From the NCBI GenBank assembly GCA_043809585.1, contig JBDROZ010000073.1, positions 42,343 to 106,342 on the forward strand: a DNA stretch of 64,000 nucleotides, written 5' to 3'. The position numbers were made by a program, and so were the translations under genes. Position 1 is the stretch's first letter. Every line of letters starts with the position of its first letter. The notes beneath the pieces are model-generated. The model saw only the letters and a list, made by a program, of their open reading frames with translations, was not told the DNA's origin and made no database searches. Shown one piece after another: positions 1 through 8,055 of the stretch. This stretch comes from Candidatus Eiseniibacteriota bacterium (GTDB lineage Bacteria > Orphanbacterota > Orphanbacteria > Orphanbacterales > Orphanbacteraceae).

Positions 1-936
1 CGGAATCCGGATGGTGATCACGTTCAGCCGGTAGTAAAGGTCCTCCCGAAAGCGCTTCGCCGCGATTTCCCCTTCCGGATCCTTGTTGGTCGCGGCGATG
101 ACGCGCACCTTCACGCGGATCGGCCGGGAGCCCCCCACCCTCTCGAACTCCCTCTCCTGCAGGATTCGGAGGACCTTCGACTGGGTGAGAAGACTCATGT
201 CGGCGATCTCGTCGAGGAAGATCGTCCCGCCGTGGGCGAGCTCGAATTTCCCGATCCGCATATCCACGCTGGTCGCCACGTTCTTCTCGATCCCGAACAG
301 TTCGCTCTCGAGAAGGGTCTCGGGAATGGCGGCGCAGTTCACCTTCACGAAGGGTCTGCCGAGGCGGACGCTCTCGTGGTGCACCATCGAGGCGACCAGT
401 TCCTTCCCCGTGCCGCTCTCCCCGAGGATGAGGAGGGACGAGTTCACGTTCAGGACTTTGCGGGCACTCTCGAGAACGTTCTGGATTCCCCGGGAGCGCC
501 CGAGGATCGGGCGGGCGATGGCGTGCCCCCCCTCCTCTCCGGACGCCGGGGCGGGACGGTGGTGCGCCGCGCCGGAGCGTCCGATCGGAGCGCAGGCGAG
601 CTCGACGATGTAGGGGAGCGCCGCGAGGTCGCTTTCCGGCACGTGGGTCCAGGCGACGCCGTCGCCGTCCTCGGCGAAACGGCCCTCTTTCGCCGGTCCG
701 ATGTGGACCATCGGGAGATCGGCGAGGCGGGTCTTCCGCCATCGCCGAAAGAGCGGATCCCGGGCCATGTCCCCGCGGACGATAACCACCGAGAGGTCAG
801 GGCGGGGCAGGATCTCGAGGAGCCGGTTCGCCTCCTCGATGACCAGATAGCGCAAGGGAACCCGTGTGCGCTCCTCCAGGAGCGATCGGATCTCCTCGGC
901 GCCGGCGCCGCAGATAAGAACGCGAGGTACGCTCAT
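1..936 (-). CDS. Sigma-54-interacting AAA+ transcriptional regulator (bEBP) with degenerate receiver-like N-terminus; 3' end runs off the window
   Basis: Manual translation from ATG 936 (not in ORF track): Walker A GESGTGKE, VKVNCAAIPETLLESELFG, GGTIFLDEI, RVIAATN, FREDLYYRLNVITI. Confidence 0.93.
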   Translation of the reverse strand, partial: MSVPRVLICGAGAEEIRSLLEERTRVPLRYLVIEEANRLLEILPRPDLSVVIVRGDMARDPLFRRWRKTRLADLPMVHIGPAKEGRFAEDGDGVAWTHVPESDLAALPYIVELACAPIGRSGAAHHRPAPASGEEGGHAIARPILGRSRGIQNVLESARKVLNVNSSLLILGESGTGKELVASMVHHESVRLGRPFVKVNCAAIPETLLESELFGIEKNVATSVDMRIGKFELAHGGTIFLDEIADMSLLTQSKVLRILQEREFERVGGSRPIRVKVRVIAATNKDPEGEIAAKRFREDLYYRLNVITIRIP

Positions 937-1037
937 AGTGACCACCGGGCGTGAAAGAACAGCCTCGGGCGGGGGGCAAAGCCGTCGTCGGCGGGGAGCG
1001 GGGCTCGTCCTTCGGCATACTGCAGTGATTAAATGAT

Positions 1038-1067
1038 AGTATAGAGGAAGGGGGGCAGCGTTGTCAA
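1038..1067 (-). promoter_or_regulatory. Sigma-70-type promoter for the bEBP gene
   Basis: TTGACA-N18-TATACT on the minus strand. Confidence 0.7.
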
Positions 1068-1113
1068 CGTTCCGTGAGGGGCGCCCCCCGCTTTTTGTAG
1101 GGCGGGGGCGGCG

Positions 1114-1142
1114 TTGACAGCCCGGGGCGATTCCTATATGTT
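1114..1142 (+). promoter_or_regulatory. Sigma-70-type promoter for tRNA-Glu
   Basis: TTGACA-N17-TATGTT, 18 nt upstream of the tRNA. Confidence 0.75.
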
Positions 1143-1160
1143 ACTCCAAGTCTGCGAGGC

Positions 1161-1238
1161 GTCCCCATCGTCTAGCCTGGCCTAGGACACCGCCCTTTCA
1201 CGGCGGCAACACGGGTTCGAATCCCGTTGGGGACGCCA
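1161..1238 (+). tRNA. tRNA-Glu (anticodon TTC)
   Basis: GTCCCCA/TGGGGAC acceptor stem, anticodon arm CCGCC-CTTTCAC-GGCGG, T-loop GGTTCGAATCC, encoded CCA. Confidence 0.98.
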
Positions 1239-1444
1239 ATCGCTTTTCTTCCTGCCCTCCAACACCACCGGGACCGCTTCCTTCTCCGCGATCCTCCCGT
1301 AGTCCCCTGTCCGGCCACGGAGGATTTCGGTCCTGGGGCGAATGGGTGGTCGGACGACGATTGAGGTGAGCGTGCCGCTTCCATGGCGCCATCTGCAGAG
1401 GATCAAAGCGGGTCGCTCTTCGGCAAGCGAGACGTCGACCTCCG

Positions 1445-1666
1445 TCACTCACACCCCTTGCCCCTGCGGATCCGTATCAACCCGGTCACCATGAGCACGA
1501 TGGAGAGGCCGAGGAGAACTCCCGACATCCCGGCGACAAGACCCTCGGCGAAATCCGAGGACGTCAATCTCGAACCGAACCGGGAAAGAACGATACCGAG
1601 AACGAGGCAGACCTGGCCGATGGCGATGCGCCTCCGGGGATCGGCGATGTGGCGCCGGAGCAGCAT
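1445..1666 (-). CDS. Small two-TM membrane protein
   Basis: 73 aa, two hydrophobic helices, SD-like AAAGGGG upstream, last gene of the XRE operon. Confidence 0.7.
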   Translation of the reverse strand: MLLRRHIADPRRRIAIGQVCLVLGIVLSRFGSRLTSSDFAEGLVAGMSGVLLGLSIVLMVTGLIRIRRGKGCE

Positions 1667-1684
1667 GGTGGGTCCCCTTTCCCG

Positions 1685-1882
1685 TCAGTCGATATTGCGG
1701 TAGTAGACCATGGCGCCCAGCTTGATCGCGGCCATGATCAGAAGGATCACGAAGAGATCCCAGCGGGCTTCGTGCTTGATATAATAGAGGTAGGCAAACC
1801 AGAGCCCCAAGGAGACGCCACCCACGACCCCCGCGAGGCTCGTCGACTTCAACCGGTGCATCAGGAACCGTTCATCGACCAC
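1685..1882 (-). CDS. Small two-TM membrane protein
   Basis: 65 aa, two hydrophobic segments, overlaps the stop of the XRE gene. Confidence 0.75.
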   Translation of the reverse strand: MVDERFLMHRLKSTSLAGVVGGVSLGLWFAYLYYIKHEARWDLFVILLIMAAIKLGAMVYYRNID

Positions 1883-2093
1883 GTTTCCCCCCCTTTCTCC
1901 GGAACAGATCGTCCACGGTACATCCGAAAAAGGCGGCCATACGGAACGCGAGCATCAGACTCGGGGTGTACCGGCCCCTCTCGATGGAGATGATGCTCTG
2001 CCGCGACACGCCGAGCTCCCGGGCCAGATCCTCCTGGGTGAGCCCCTCCGCCGTTCGGTGCTCCTTCACTTCGTTCACGATGACTTCCTTCAC
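1872..2093 (-). CDS. XRE-family HTH transcriptional regulator
   Basis: LTQEDLARELGVSRQSIISIERGRYTPSLMLAF; GTG start at 2093 chosen from the SD. Confidence 0.92.
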   Translation of the reverse strand: MKEVIVNEVKEHRTAEGLTQEDLARELGVSRQSIISIERGRYTPSLMLAFRMAAFFGCTVDDLFRRKGGKRGR

Positions 2094-2130
2094 GGGCTCT
2101 GTCCCTTTCCGGATGCCGAGTAACCTTGTC

Positions 2131-2187
2131 GTCAAGCTACCTTTACAAGGATAACCCGACGGGGCTCCGGTGTCAAGCCACCTTTAC
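2131..2187 (-). promoter_or_regulatory. Promoter with two quasi-palindromic operators (probable XRE autoregulation)
   Basis: GTCAAG-N4-CTTTAC at 2131-2146 and 2172-2187; TTGACA(2176-2171)-N17-TATCCT(2153-2148). Confidence 0.75.
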
Positions 2188-2189
2188 CC

Positions 2190-2239
2190 AAAAAAAAGAA
2201 GTGACGGTCACCGGTCTCGAAAAGGGTGACCGTCACCTT
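2190..2239 (-). terminator. Intrinsic terminator after the S41 peptidase gene
   Basis: 12-bp stem GTGACGGTCACC/GGTGACCGTCAC followed by a T-tract on the minus strand. Confidence 0.7.
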
Positions 2240-2291
2240 ACCATGCCCGTGCCCCAGTCCGGGACACCCGGAGTTCCCCCGAGCGGGCCGC

Positions 2292-3719
2292 CTAGCCTCC
2301 CTGAATCACGCGCCTCACCCGCATCGGCTCCCCCATCGGGGAGGGCTCCGCCTCGCCGAGGGCGCCGGTCCGTCGCGATTCATCGGTCATCCCCTGGGCG
2401 TAGTGACCGCGGAGCATGACGGGGCTTCCGCTCTCGTCCGTCACCACCTCGAGCCTGAACCCCTCGATCCCTTCGAGCGTGAAGAGCGCCGGCGACAGTG
2501 GGGTCATCCGGCGTTCCGGCATCTCGCCCCGCCGGTAGAAGAGCGTTCCCTCCCGGTTCTCGATCACCCGGTCCTCGTAGACGCCGGCATAGGAGGCGAG
2601 CACCTCGTCATCGATCTCCACCTCTTTCCCGCCCAGCTCCAGACCTTGGATCGCCCAGTCGAGCCTCTCGGCGTAAAGGGGATCGTCCGTCCTCTCCCGG
2701 ATCTTCTTCAGCGCCTCGAGATGGGCGACGTCGAGGGCCCGCTCTGCTCCGATTTCCATGTCAGGCAGCACGCCGACGCCTTCCCAGTTCGTACCGGTGA
2801 TCGGATTGACGGCCCGGCCGAAGGGGATCTGAGCGCCCACGTGCAGGCTCTTCCAGACGAATCGGTCCACCGGGTGCGCCCCCCCCCACGTTGACTCGCC
2901 GATCAACGTTCCCCGTTTCAGGGATTGCACGTTGTAGGCGAACTCCTCCGCCGCCGATCCGGTGCGAGGGCCGATCAACACGTAGAGGTCCACCTCCGCC
3001 AGGCTCCCGCCGGGCGCGTAGGGGGAGGACCAGAACTGGTCCGTCCGGTCCTCCTTGCGAATGTAGAAGCTGTTCAGGTGGGTCGGCTCGCCCAAGAGGT
3101 ACCCCATCATCAGCTGGATCAGGCTCGGCGAGCCCCCCCCGTTCTGCCGGAGGTCGATGATGAGGGCGTCGCAGTTGCCGAGAAAGTTCATCGCCGCCAC
3201 CGCGGTCGGCCCGGAGAGGCGGGTGTCGATGAAGTTGTCGAGCCGGAGATACCCCACGTTCCCATCGAGGATCTCGACCTTCTTGAACCGGAAGTTCTCC
3301 CGGCGGAGCGTCGCCCGCATCTCCTCCGTCCGGCGGGCCTCCTCCTCTTCCTCTCCCTCCAGCATCCTCGCGATCTCCTCGTCGGGCATGAAGATGACCC
3401 CGAGATGAAGATCGTGGCTCACCCCCCGGACGTCGTCCATGAGGAGCATGGCGAACTCGGCGATCGTGGCCGTCCCGTCGTACTTTCCCTTCTTCAGATT
3501 GCCCCTGATCTCCTTTTCCATCTTCGCCGCCACCTCGGGGAAGACGTAGGTTTCGTTCAGCGCGGTGGAGAGGGAGTCGACGATCGCCTGCCGGAGCGCC
3601 CCGTCCACGGGGAGATCTTGGTCGGGGCGAACGACGATCGGCCCGCTCTCTGCCGAAGCCGGAGCGGCCAAGAGCCAGAGAATCAAGAGAGCGATCAAGA
3701 ACGGCATGGAGCGTTTCAT
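2292..3719 (-). CDS. Secreted S41-family peptidase
   Basis: Signal peptide MKRSMPFLIALL..ASA; GNVGYLRL, LIIDLRQNGGG, TGSAAEEF, NWEGVGVLPD; ATG overlaps the upstream TGA. Confidence 0.92.
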   Translation of the reverse strand: MKRSMPFLIALLILWLLAAPASAESGPIVVRPDQDLPVDGALRQAIVDSLSTALNETYVFPEVAAKMEKEIRGNLKKGKYDGTATIAEFAMLLMDDVRGVSHDLHLGVIFMPDEEIARMLEGEEEEEARRTEEMRATLRRENFRFKKVEILDGNVGYLRLDNFIDTRLSGPTAVAAMNFLGNCDALIIDLRQNGGGSPSLIQLMMGYLLGEPTHLNSFYIRKEDRTDQFWSSPYAPGGSLAEVDLYVLIGPRTGSAAEEFAYNVQSLKRGTLIGESTWGGAHPVDRFVWKSLHVGAQIPFGRAVNPITGTNWEGVGVLPDMEIGAERALDVAHLEALKKIRERTDDPLYAERLDWAIQGLELGGKEVEIDDEVLASYAGVYEDRVIENREGTLFYRRGEMPERRMTPLSPALFTLEGIEGFRLEVVTDESGSPVMLRGHYAQGMTDESRRTGALGEAEPSPMGEPMRVRRVIQGG

Positions 3720-4708
3720 GGCATTCCACCTCCCTCGGACGGCCTCCGGCCGCCCTCCAGTTCCAGAACCATGCGGATCGTGCATCGGGCGTAGGGGATG
3801 GGCCCCCACCGCTTCGAACGGTCTCTCCGGAAACCGAGGGAGCGGTATAAAGCCCCCGCGGCCCGGAGGTCCGGGCTCGTGTGCAGGATCACGGCCGAGG
3901 CGCCCATGCGCTCCGCCCGCGTCAGGGCGGCAAGGGCGAGCGCGCGGCCGATCCCCCGGCCCCGGGCCCCGGCCGTCACGGCCATCTTGGCGAGCTCGAC
4001 CGTTTCGCCGTCCACGGGAATGAGAGCCGCCGTCCCGACCACCTCGCCGTTCACTTTGGCGAAGAGGATCCCCCCCCCCCGCCGGAGGATCCGCCCGTTC
4101 GGGTCCCGGAGAAGCCGCTCGTCGCCCGGCTCCACGGAGAAGTACTCCTCCAGCCACTCCCGATTCAGCCGCTCGAACCACTTCTTGTAGGCGGGCCGGT
4201 ACTCCACGATCTCCGGGTTCACGACCCGGAGCTCCGGCAGGCCCTCGACGATCCGGTCGTACATCTCCCGCTTGTCCAAGAGCCCTTCGATCCGGTCGAG
4301 GGTTCCGAGGAGATCGACGCCCGCCTCCCGGGCTAGGTCCTCCCCCCGTTCCCTCACCACCCGCCAGACCGGCGCGAGGCGATCGGTAAGACGCCGCCCC
4401 TTCGCCGAGAGTCGGAGGAGCCTTCGCCGTTCGTCCCCCCGGCCCTTCCGGGAGGTCACGAGCCCCTTCGACTCGAGGACCGCCGCCGTCTGGTGGACCG
4501 CCGGGTGGGTGAGCCCGAGGGCGCCCGCGATCTCGGTGATGGAGAGCGAGTCGCGCCGCGAAAGAAGGTGGAGGACCGGGAACCAGCGAGGCTCAACTTC
4601 GATCTCCAACTCCCGGTAGATGCGGGCCACGCCCCGGTAGAGACGGTCCGAGAGGCGTTTCAGCCGGCTCGCGAGGGCGAGCCCGCCGAGTCCACGCATG
4701 TAGTCCAC
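3716..4708 (-). CDS. MarR-type winged-HTH / GNAT acetyltransferase fusion
   Basis: N-terminal LASRLKRLSD..ITEIAGALGLTHPAV..DERRRLLRLS; C-terminal ELAKMAV..RGRGIG..LYRSLGF. Confidence 0.92.
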   Translation of the reverse strand: MDYMRGLGGLALASRLKRLSDRLYRGVARIYRELEIEVEPRWFPVLHLLSRRDSLSITEIAGALGLTHPAVHQTAAVLESKGLVTSRKGRGDERRRLLRLSAKGRRLTDRLAPVWRVVRERGEDLAREAGVDLLGTLDRIEGLLDKREMYDRIVEGLPELRVVNPEIVEYRPAYKKWFERLNREWLEEYFSVEPGDERLLRDPNGRILRRGGGILFAKVNGEVVGTAALIPVDGETVELAKMAVTAGARGRGIGRALALAALTRAERMGASAVILHTSPDLRAAGALYRSLGFRRDRSKRWGPIPYARCTIRMVLELEGGRRPSEGGGMP

Positions 4709-4751
4709 GAGTCCCTCCGATCCCCCCCTCCCGGGGCTCTCACTTTTTTAC

Positions 4752-4763
4752 GTAAGTACTTAC
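4752..4763. promoter_or_regulatory. Perfect palindrome, candidate MarR operator
   Basis: GTAAGTACTTAC in an AT-rich patch ~45 nt upstream of the MarR-GNAT start. Confidence 0.6.
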
Positions 4764-4798
4764 CCAAAAGATGCCTCATCGGTTCCGAAAACTCCAAC

Positions 4799-4826
4799 AA
4801 AAAAAAGAACGGCCCGCCGGCCGTCC
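4799..4826 (-). terminator. Intrinsic terminator after pfk
   Basis: ACGGCC-GGCG-GGCCGT hairpin followed by a T-run on the minus strand. Confidence 0.65.
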
Positions 4827-4854
4827 CTCCCGCCACTCGTCGTTATTGCGAGCT

Positions 4855-5883
4855 TTATCCGAAAAAGACCGACGCCACGTCGATCAGGTCCTGGGTCACC
4901 CGCCTCGGCTCCCGGATCGCCTTCTGCACGGGGACGAGCTCGATGTTCTCCCCCTTCAGCGCGACCATCTTTCCGAACTCGCCGTCGTGGACCGCTTCCA
5001 CCGCCTTCACGCCGAACCGGGTCCCCAGGATCCTGTCGAACGCGGTCGGTGTGCCCCCCCGTTGGATGTAGCCGAGCATGGTGACCCGACACTGGATGCC
5101 GGTCCGCTCCTCGATCTGCCGGGCGAGGACCGAGCCGACCCCGCCGAGGTGCACGTGCCCGAAGGCGTCGAGCTTGTGGGACTGGACCACCGGCTCGTCT
5201 TGACCCCGCTCGGTGGCCCCTTCCGCGACCACGACGATCGAGAAGGGCTTCGACTCGTGGCGCTTCTTCAGCGCCCCGCAGAGTTCGTCGACGTCGTAAG
5301 GGATTTCCGGGATGAGGATCGAGTCGGCCCCCCCCGCGAGACCCGACATCAGCGCGATCCAGCCGGTGTGACGCCCCATCACTTCGACCACCATGATCCG
5401 GTGGTGGGATTCGGCCGTCGTATGGAGCCGGTCGATCGCCTCGCTCACGATGTGCACCGCCGTGTGGAACCCGAAAGTGTAGTCCGTCTCGCCGATGTCG
5501 TTGTCGATCGTCTTCGGCACACCGACCGTCTTGCCCCCCAACTTGTTGAGGGCGTAGCAGACCTTAAGCGTATCGTCCCCCCCGATCGGGATGATCGCGT
5601 CGATCTCGTGCTTGGCGATGTTCTCGAGAATCAGGTTCATCTGATCCTCCTTGCCGATCGGGTTCGTGCGCGACGTACCCAGAATCGTCCCCCCCCGGGG
5701 CAGGATGCCGGAGACGGTGGAGAGATCGAGTTCCATGTAGTTGTCTTCGAGAACGCCCTTCCAGCCGTTCCGAAAGCCGATGACCGTGTCTCCGTACGAC
5801 ACGATCGCCTTTCGCGTCACGGCGCGGATGACCGCGTTGAGCCCGGGGCAGTCTCCCCCACCCGTGAGGATTCCGATTCTCAT
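4855..5883 (-). CDS. pfkA: 6-phosphofructokinase (PfkA family, probably PPi-dependent)
   Basis: TGGGDCPGLN, GGTILGTSR, GGDDT, PKTIDND, EVMGRHTGW, LGYIQRGG. Confidence 0.95.
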   Translation of the reverse strand: MRIGILTGGGDCPGLNAVIRAVTRKAIVSYGDTVIGFRNGWKGVLEDNYMELDLSTVSGILPRGGTILGTSRTNPIGKEDQMNLILENIAKHEIDAIIPIGGDDTLKVCYALNKLGGKTVGVPKTIDNDIGETDYTFGFHTAVHIVSEAIDRLHTTAESHHRIMVVEVMGRHTGWIALMSGLAGGADSILIPEIPYDVDELCGALKKRHESKPFSIVVVAEGATERGQDEPVVQSHKLDAFGHVHLGGVGSVLARQIEERTGIQCRVTMLGYIQRGGTPTAFDRILGTRFGVKAVEAVHDGEFGKMVALKGENIELVPVQKAIREPRRVTQDLIDVASVFFG

Positions 5884-6035
5884 CCTCTCTTCTCACCTCC
5901 CGATGGTTTGTCATCAAGCCCACCTTAGCGGGCTCATTGCAGCCGACAATCCCGCTAAGCGTACCGATACGGTTCGCTCCGGGCAACCTCGAAATGAAAA
6001 CGCTTTCCTCCCCCCTCTCCCGGGGGGGCAGCGGC

Positions 6036-7382
6036 TCAAGAGACGGGATAGGTGCCGGCACCGTCCCCGTCGGAAAGGCCTTCGAAGAGGAGCCGGAAGA
6101 GACCTTCCGGGCCGTCGACGACATGAAGCGCCTCGAGCCCGGCTTCCTCCCGCACCCGATCGGGCGTGTAGTCGTCGATCAGGAGCCCGTTCGCCCGGGA
6201 GACCATTTCCGCGGGGATGGCCAGAGCCCCGGAGACTCCCCCCTCCCGGCTCGCCCGGACCAGATCCCGGCCCGAGACGAGGCCCGCCACGGTGACCGCC
6301 GAGCCCAGATACCCGTTTGTCACCGGAAGAAGGGGGAGACGGACACCGAGCTTCTCCTCCGCCCCCCGCAACATCGGGGCGAGAGGGGGAGCGAAGAGCG
6401 CGCCGGTCGCCACCGTCAGGTCCCGGATCCGGGGCCTCCCCTCACGCTCCCTTTCCATCTCCTCGCCGAAGAGGTCTTCGAAGTTCCGGATCATTCCGAT
6501 CCCGTCCTCGAGCATCCCGAACTCCTCGTACGCCTCCGAAGGGGGCAGGGGAAGCTCCGCCTTCAGGTAGAACTCGTCCCCGCCGAAAACGAATCTCGTG
6601 CCCCCCCGATCGAGAAGGCGGTCCTGCCAATCGTGGATCCGCCGGAGCGCTGCCCGCGCGATCTCCTTCGTCACGGACCGGAGCAGGGGATCGGGCTTCC
6701 GATGGTCCGAGAGGCCGAGCGGGACCACGGCGACCCCCTGGAATCCGGGATGACGCCCGAAGAGGGTTTCGATCGTGTCGTCCAGAACATCCCCGTCGTT
6801 CACGCCGGGGCAGAAGACGATCTGCCCCCAAACCTGGATGCCTTCGGAGAGCAACCGGTCGAGGGTCGGCAGGAGCGGCCGCTTCGGCTTCCGGCCGAGC
6901 ATGACATGCCGGACGTCGTCGTTCGTGGCGTGAACGGAGACGTACAGGGGCGAAAGGCGCTGTTCGACGATCCGCTCGATATCCCGGTCCTTCAGGGTCC
7001 CGAGGGTGACGTAGTTCCCGTGGAGGAAGGAAAGACGGTAGTCCTCGTCCTTCACGAGGAGCGACGGGCGGACGCCGGGGGGGAGCTGGTCGATGAAGCA
7101 GAAGATGCACTGGCTGCCGCACCGCTTCGGCCGGATCTCCTCGAACCGCGCCCCCCGAAACGGATAGGACCGCTCGGGAACCCGGAAGCGGAGCTTCTCC
7201 CCCCCGCGGTCCACTTCCAGGTCGAGGTCGCCGAGCGCCCCGTGGAAGCGGACGTCGAGATGGTCCTCCACCTCCCGGCCATTGATCGAAAGAAGGCGGT
7301 CTCCGGCGCGGAGGCCGTCCCGCTCCAACGGCGAGCCCCTTTCGATCTCTTCGACAAGAACGCCCCGAGGCATCTCCGGCAT
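6036..7382 (-). CDS. PDZ + radical SAM-like DUF512 protein
   Basis: N-terminal PDZ (GLRAGDRLLSING), CGSQCIFCFIDQLP, KDEDYRLSFLHGNYVTL, DEFYLKA, TVAGL. Confidence 0.9.
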   Translation of the reverse strand: MPEMPRGVLVEEIERGSPLERDGLRAGDRLLSINGREVEDHLDVRFHGALGDLDLEVDRGGEKLRFRVPERSYPFRGARFEEIRPKRCGSQCIFCFIDQLPPGVRPSLLVKDEDYRLSFLHGNYVTLGTLKDRDIERIVEQRLSPLYVSVHATNDDVRHVMLGRKPKRPLLPTLDRLLSEGIQVWGQIVFCPGVNDGDVLDDTIETLFGRHPGFQGVAVVPLGLSDHRKPDPLLRSVTKEIARAALRRIHDWQDRLLDRGGTRFVFGGDEFYLKAELPLPPSEAYEEFGMLEDGIGMIRNFEDLFGEEMEREREGRPRIRDLTVATGALFAPPLAPMLRGAEEKLGVRLPLLPVTNGYLGSAVTVAGLVSGRDLVRASREGGVSGALAIPAEMVSRANGLLIDDYTPDRVREEAGLEALHVVDGPEGLFRLLFEGLSDGDGAGTYPVS

Positions 7383-7609
7383 CCCCCCTTCCTCTTCCTC
7401 CCTGAGTCTAGTCAGGGAGCTTCGCTTTCTGCAAGCGCCGGGCCGCCCATCTGCAACGCCCCCGGGCGCCCCCCTGTTCAAGAACTCACCAATCCTGATC
7501 GGGAACGGGGCATTTCCCCCCCCGAGGTCCCTCGACGCCGGAGGGACGGAATCCGGAAACCCTCGAAGCCCAGCGAGATAGCGTAGGGTCCCGTCGGGAG
7601 CCCCGTCAT

Positions 7610-7625
7610 TGGCATACCCTATGCG
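7610..7625 (+). promoter_or_regulatory. Candidate sigma-54 (-24/-12) promoter
   Basis: TGGCATACCCTATGCG: GG-N10-GC spacing. Confidence 0.45.
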
Positions 7626-7690
7626 TCATCCCCGAATCCGTACCTCGAAACAACTGGGCTTGCGCATCTCGAACTATGGAGGGATCTACC

Positions 7691-7939
7691 ATGATCAAGT
7701 GGAAAAGGATGATCGCCGTCATCACGCTGGGGGTTCTCCTGCTCCCCTGTGTCGCCGTCGCCGGACAGGCGCCCGGCGTTCAGGACCGGCCGAACCTCGG
7801 AGGTTCCGAACTCGACGTCAAGGAGGGCGTGGGGGCCCAGTACGAGATGCGGGGAACCGTCTCCTGGTTCCAGAACCTCTTCTGGTACCAGATCTACGCG
7901 CTCCTCCGCTGGGTCGACCGCTGGTCGGTCTTCATCTAA
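7691..7939 (+). CDS. Small secreted hypothetical protein
   Basis: SD GGAGGG, signal peptide ending AVA, Trp/Phe-rich C-terminal helix, own terminator. Confidence 0.75.
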   Translation: MIKWKRMIAVITLGVLLLPCVAVAGQAPGVQDRPNLGGSELDVKEGVGAQYEMRGTVSWFQNLFWYQIYALLRWVDRWSVFI

Positions 7940-7975
7940 AGAGCAGGTCCTCACCGGACCCGACAATCCCCGGAC

Positions 7976-8017
7976 GCGCGAAGGCGGTGGAGCCCGGCCC
8001 CACCGCCTCGCGCTTTT
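7976..8017 (+). terminator. Intrinsic terminator between convergent genes
   Basis: GCGCGA-AGGCGGTGG..CCACCGCCT-CGCGC followed by TTTT. Confidence 0.7.
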
Positions 8018-8055
8018 CCGCCCTTTTGGCCGTCCCTTGACAACGTCGTTCCATA

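Noticed and set aside
1161-1238. tRNA-Glu as an island integration site
   Set aside because: No integrase nearby, no duplicated 3' end noticed, flanking composition is host-like
4070-4080. C11 run in the MarR-GNAT gene as a phase-variation tract
   Set aside because: Frame is intact (RRGGG) and there is no evidence of variation from a single sequence
5924-5960. CTTAGCGGG/CCCGCTAAG inverted repeat upstream of pfk
   Set aside because: Single 9-bp stem with no T-tract or second copy; not enough to assign a role
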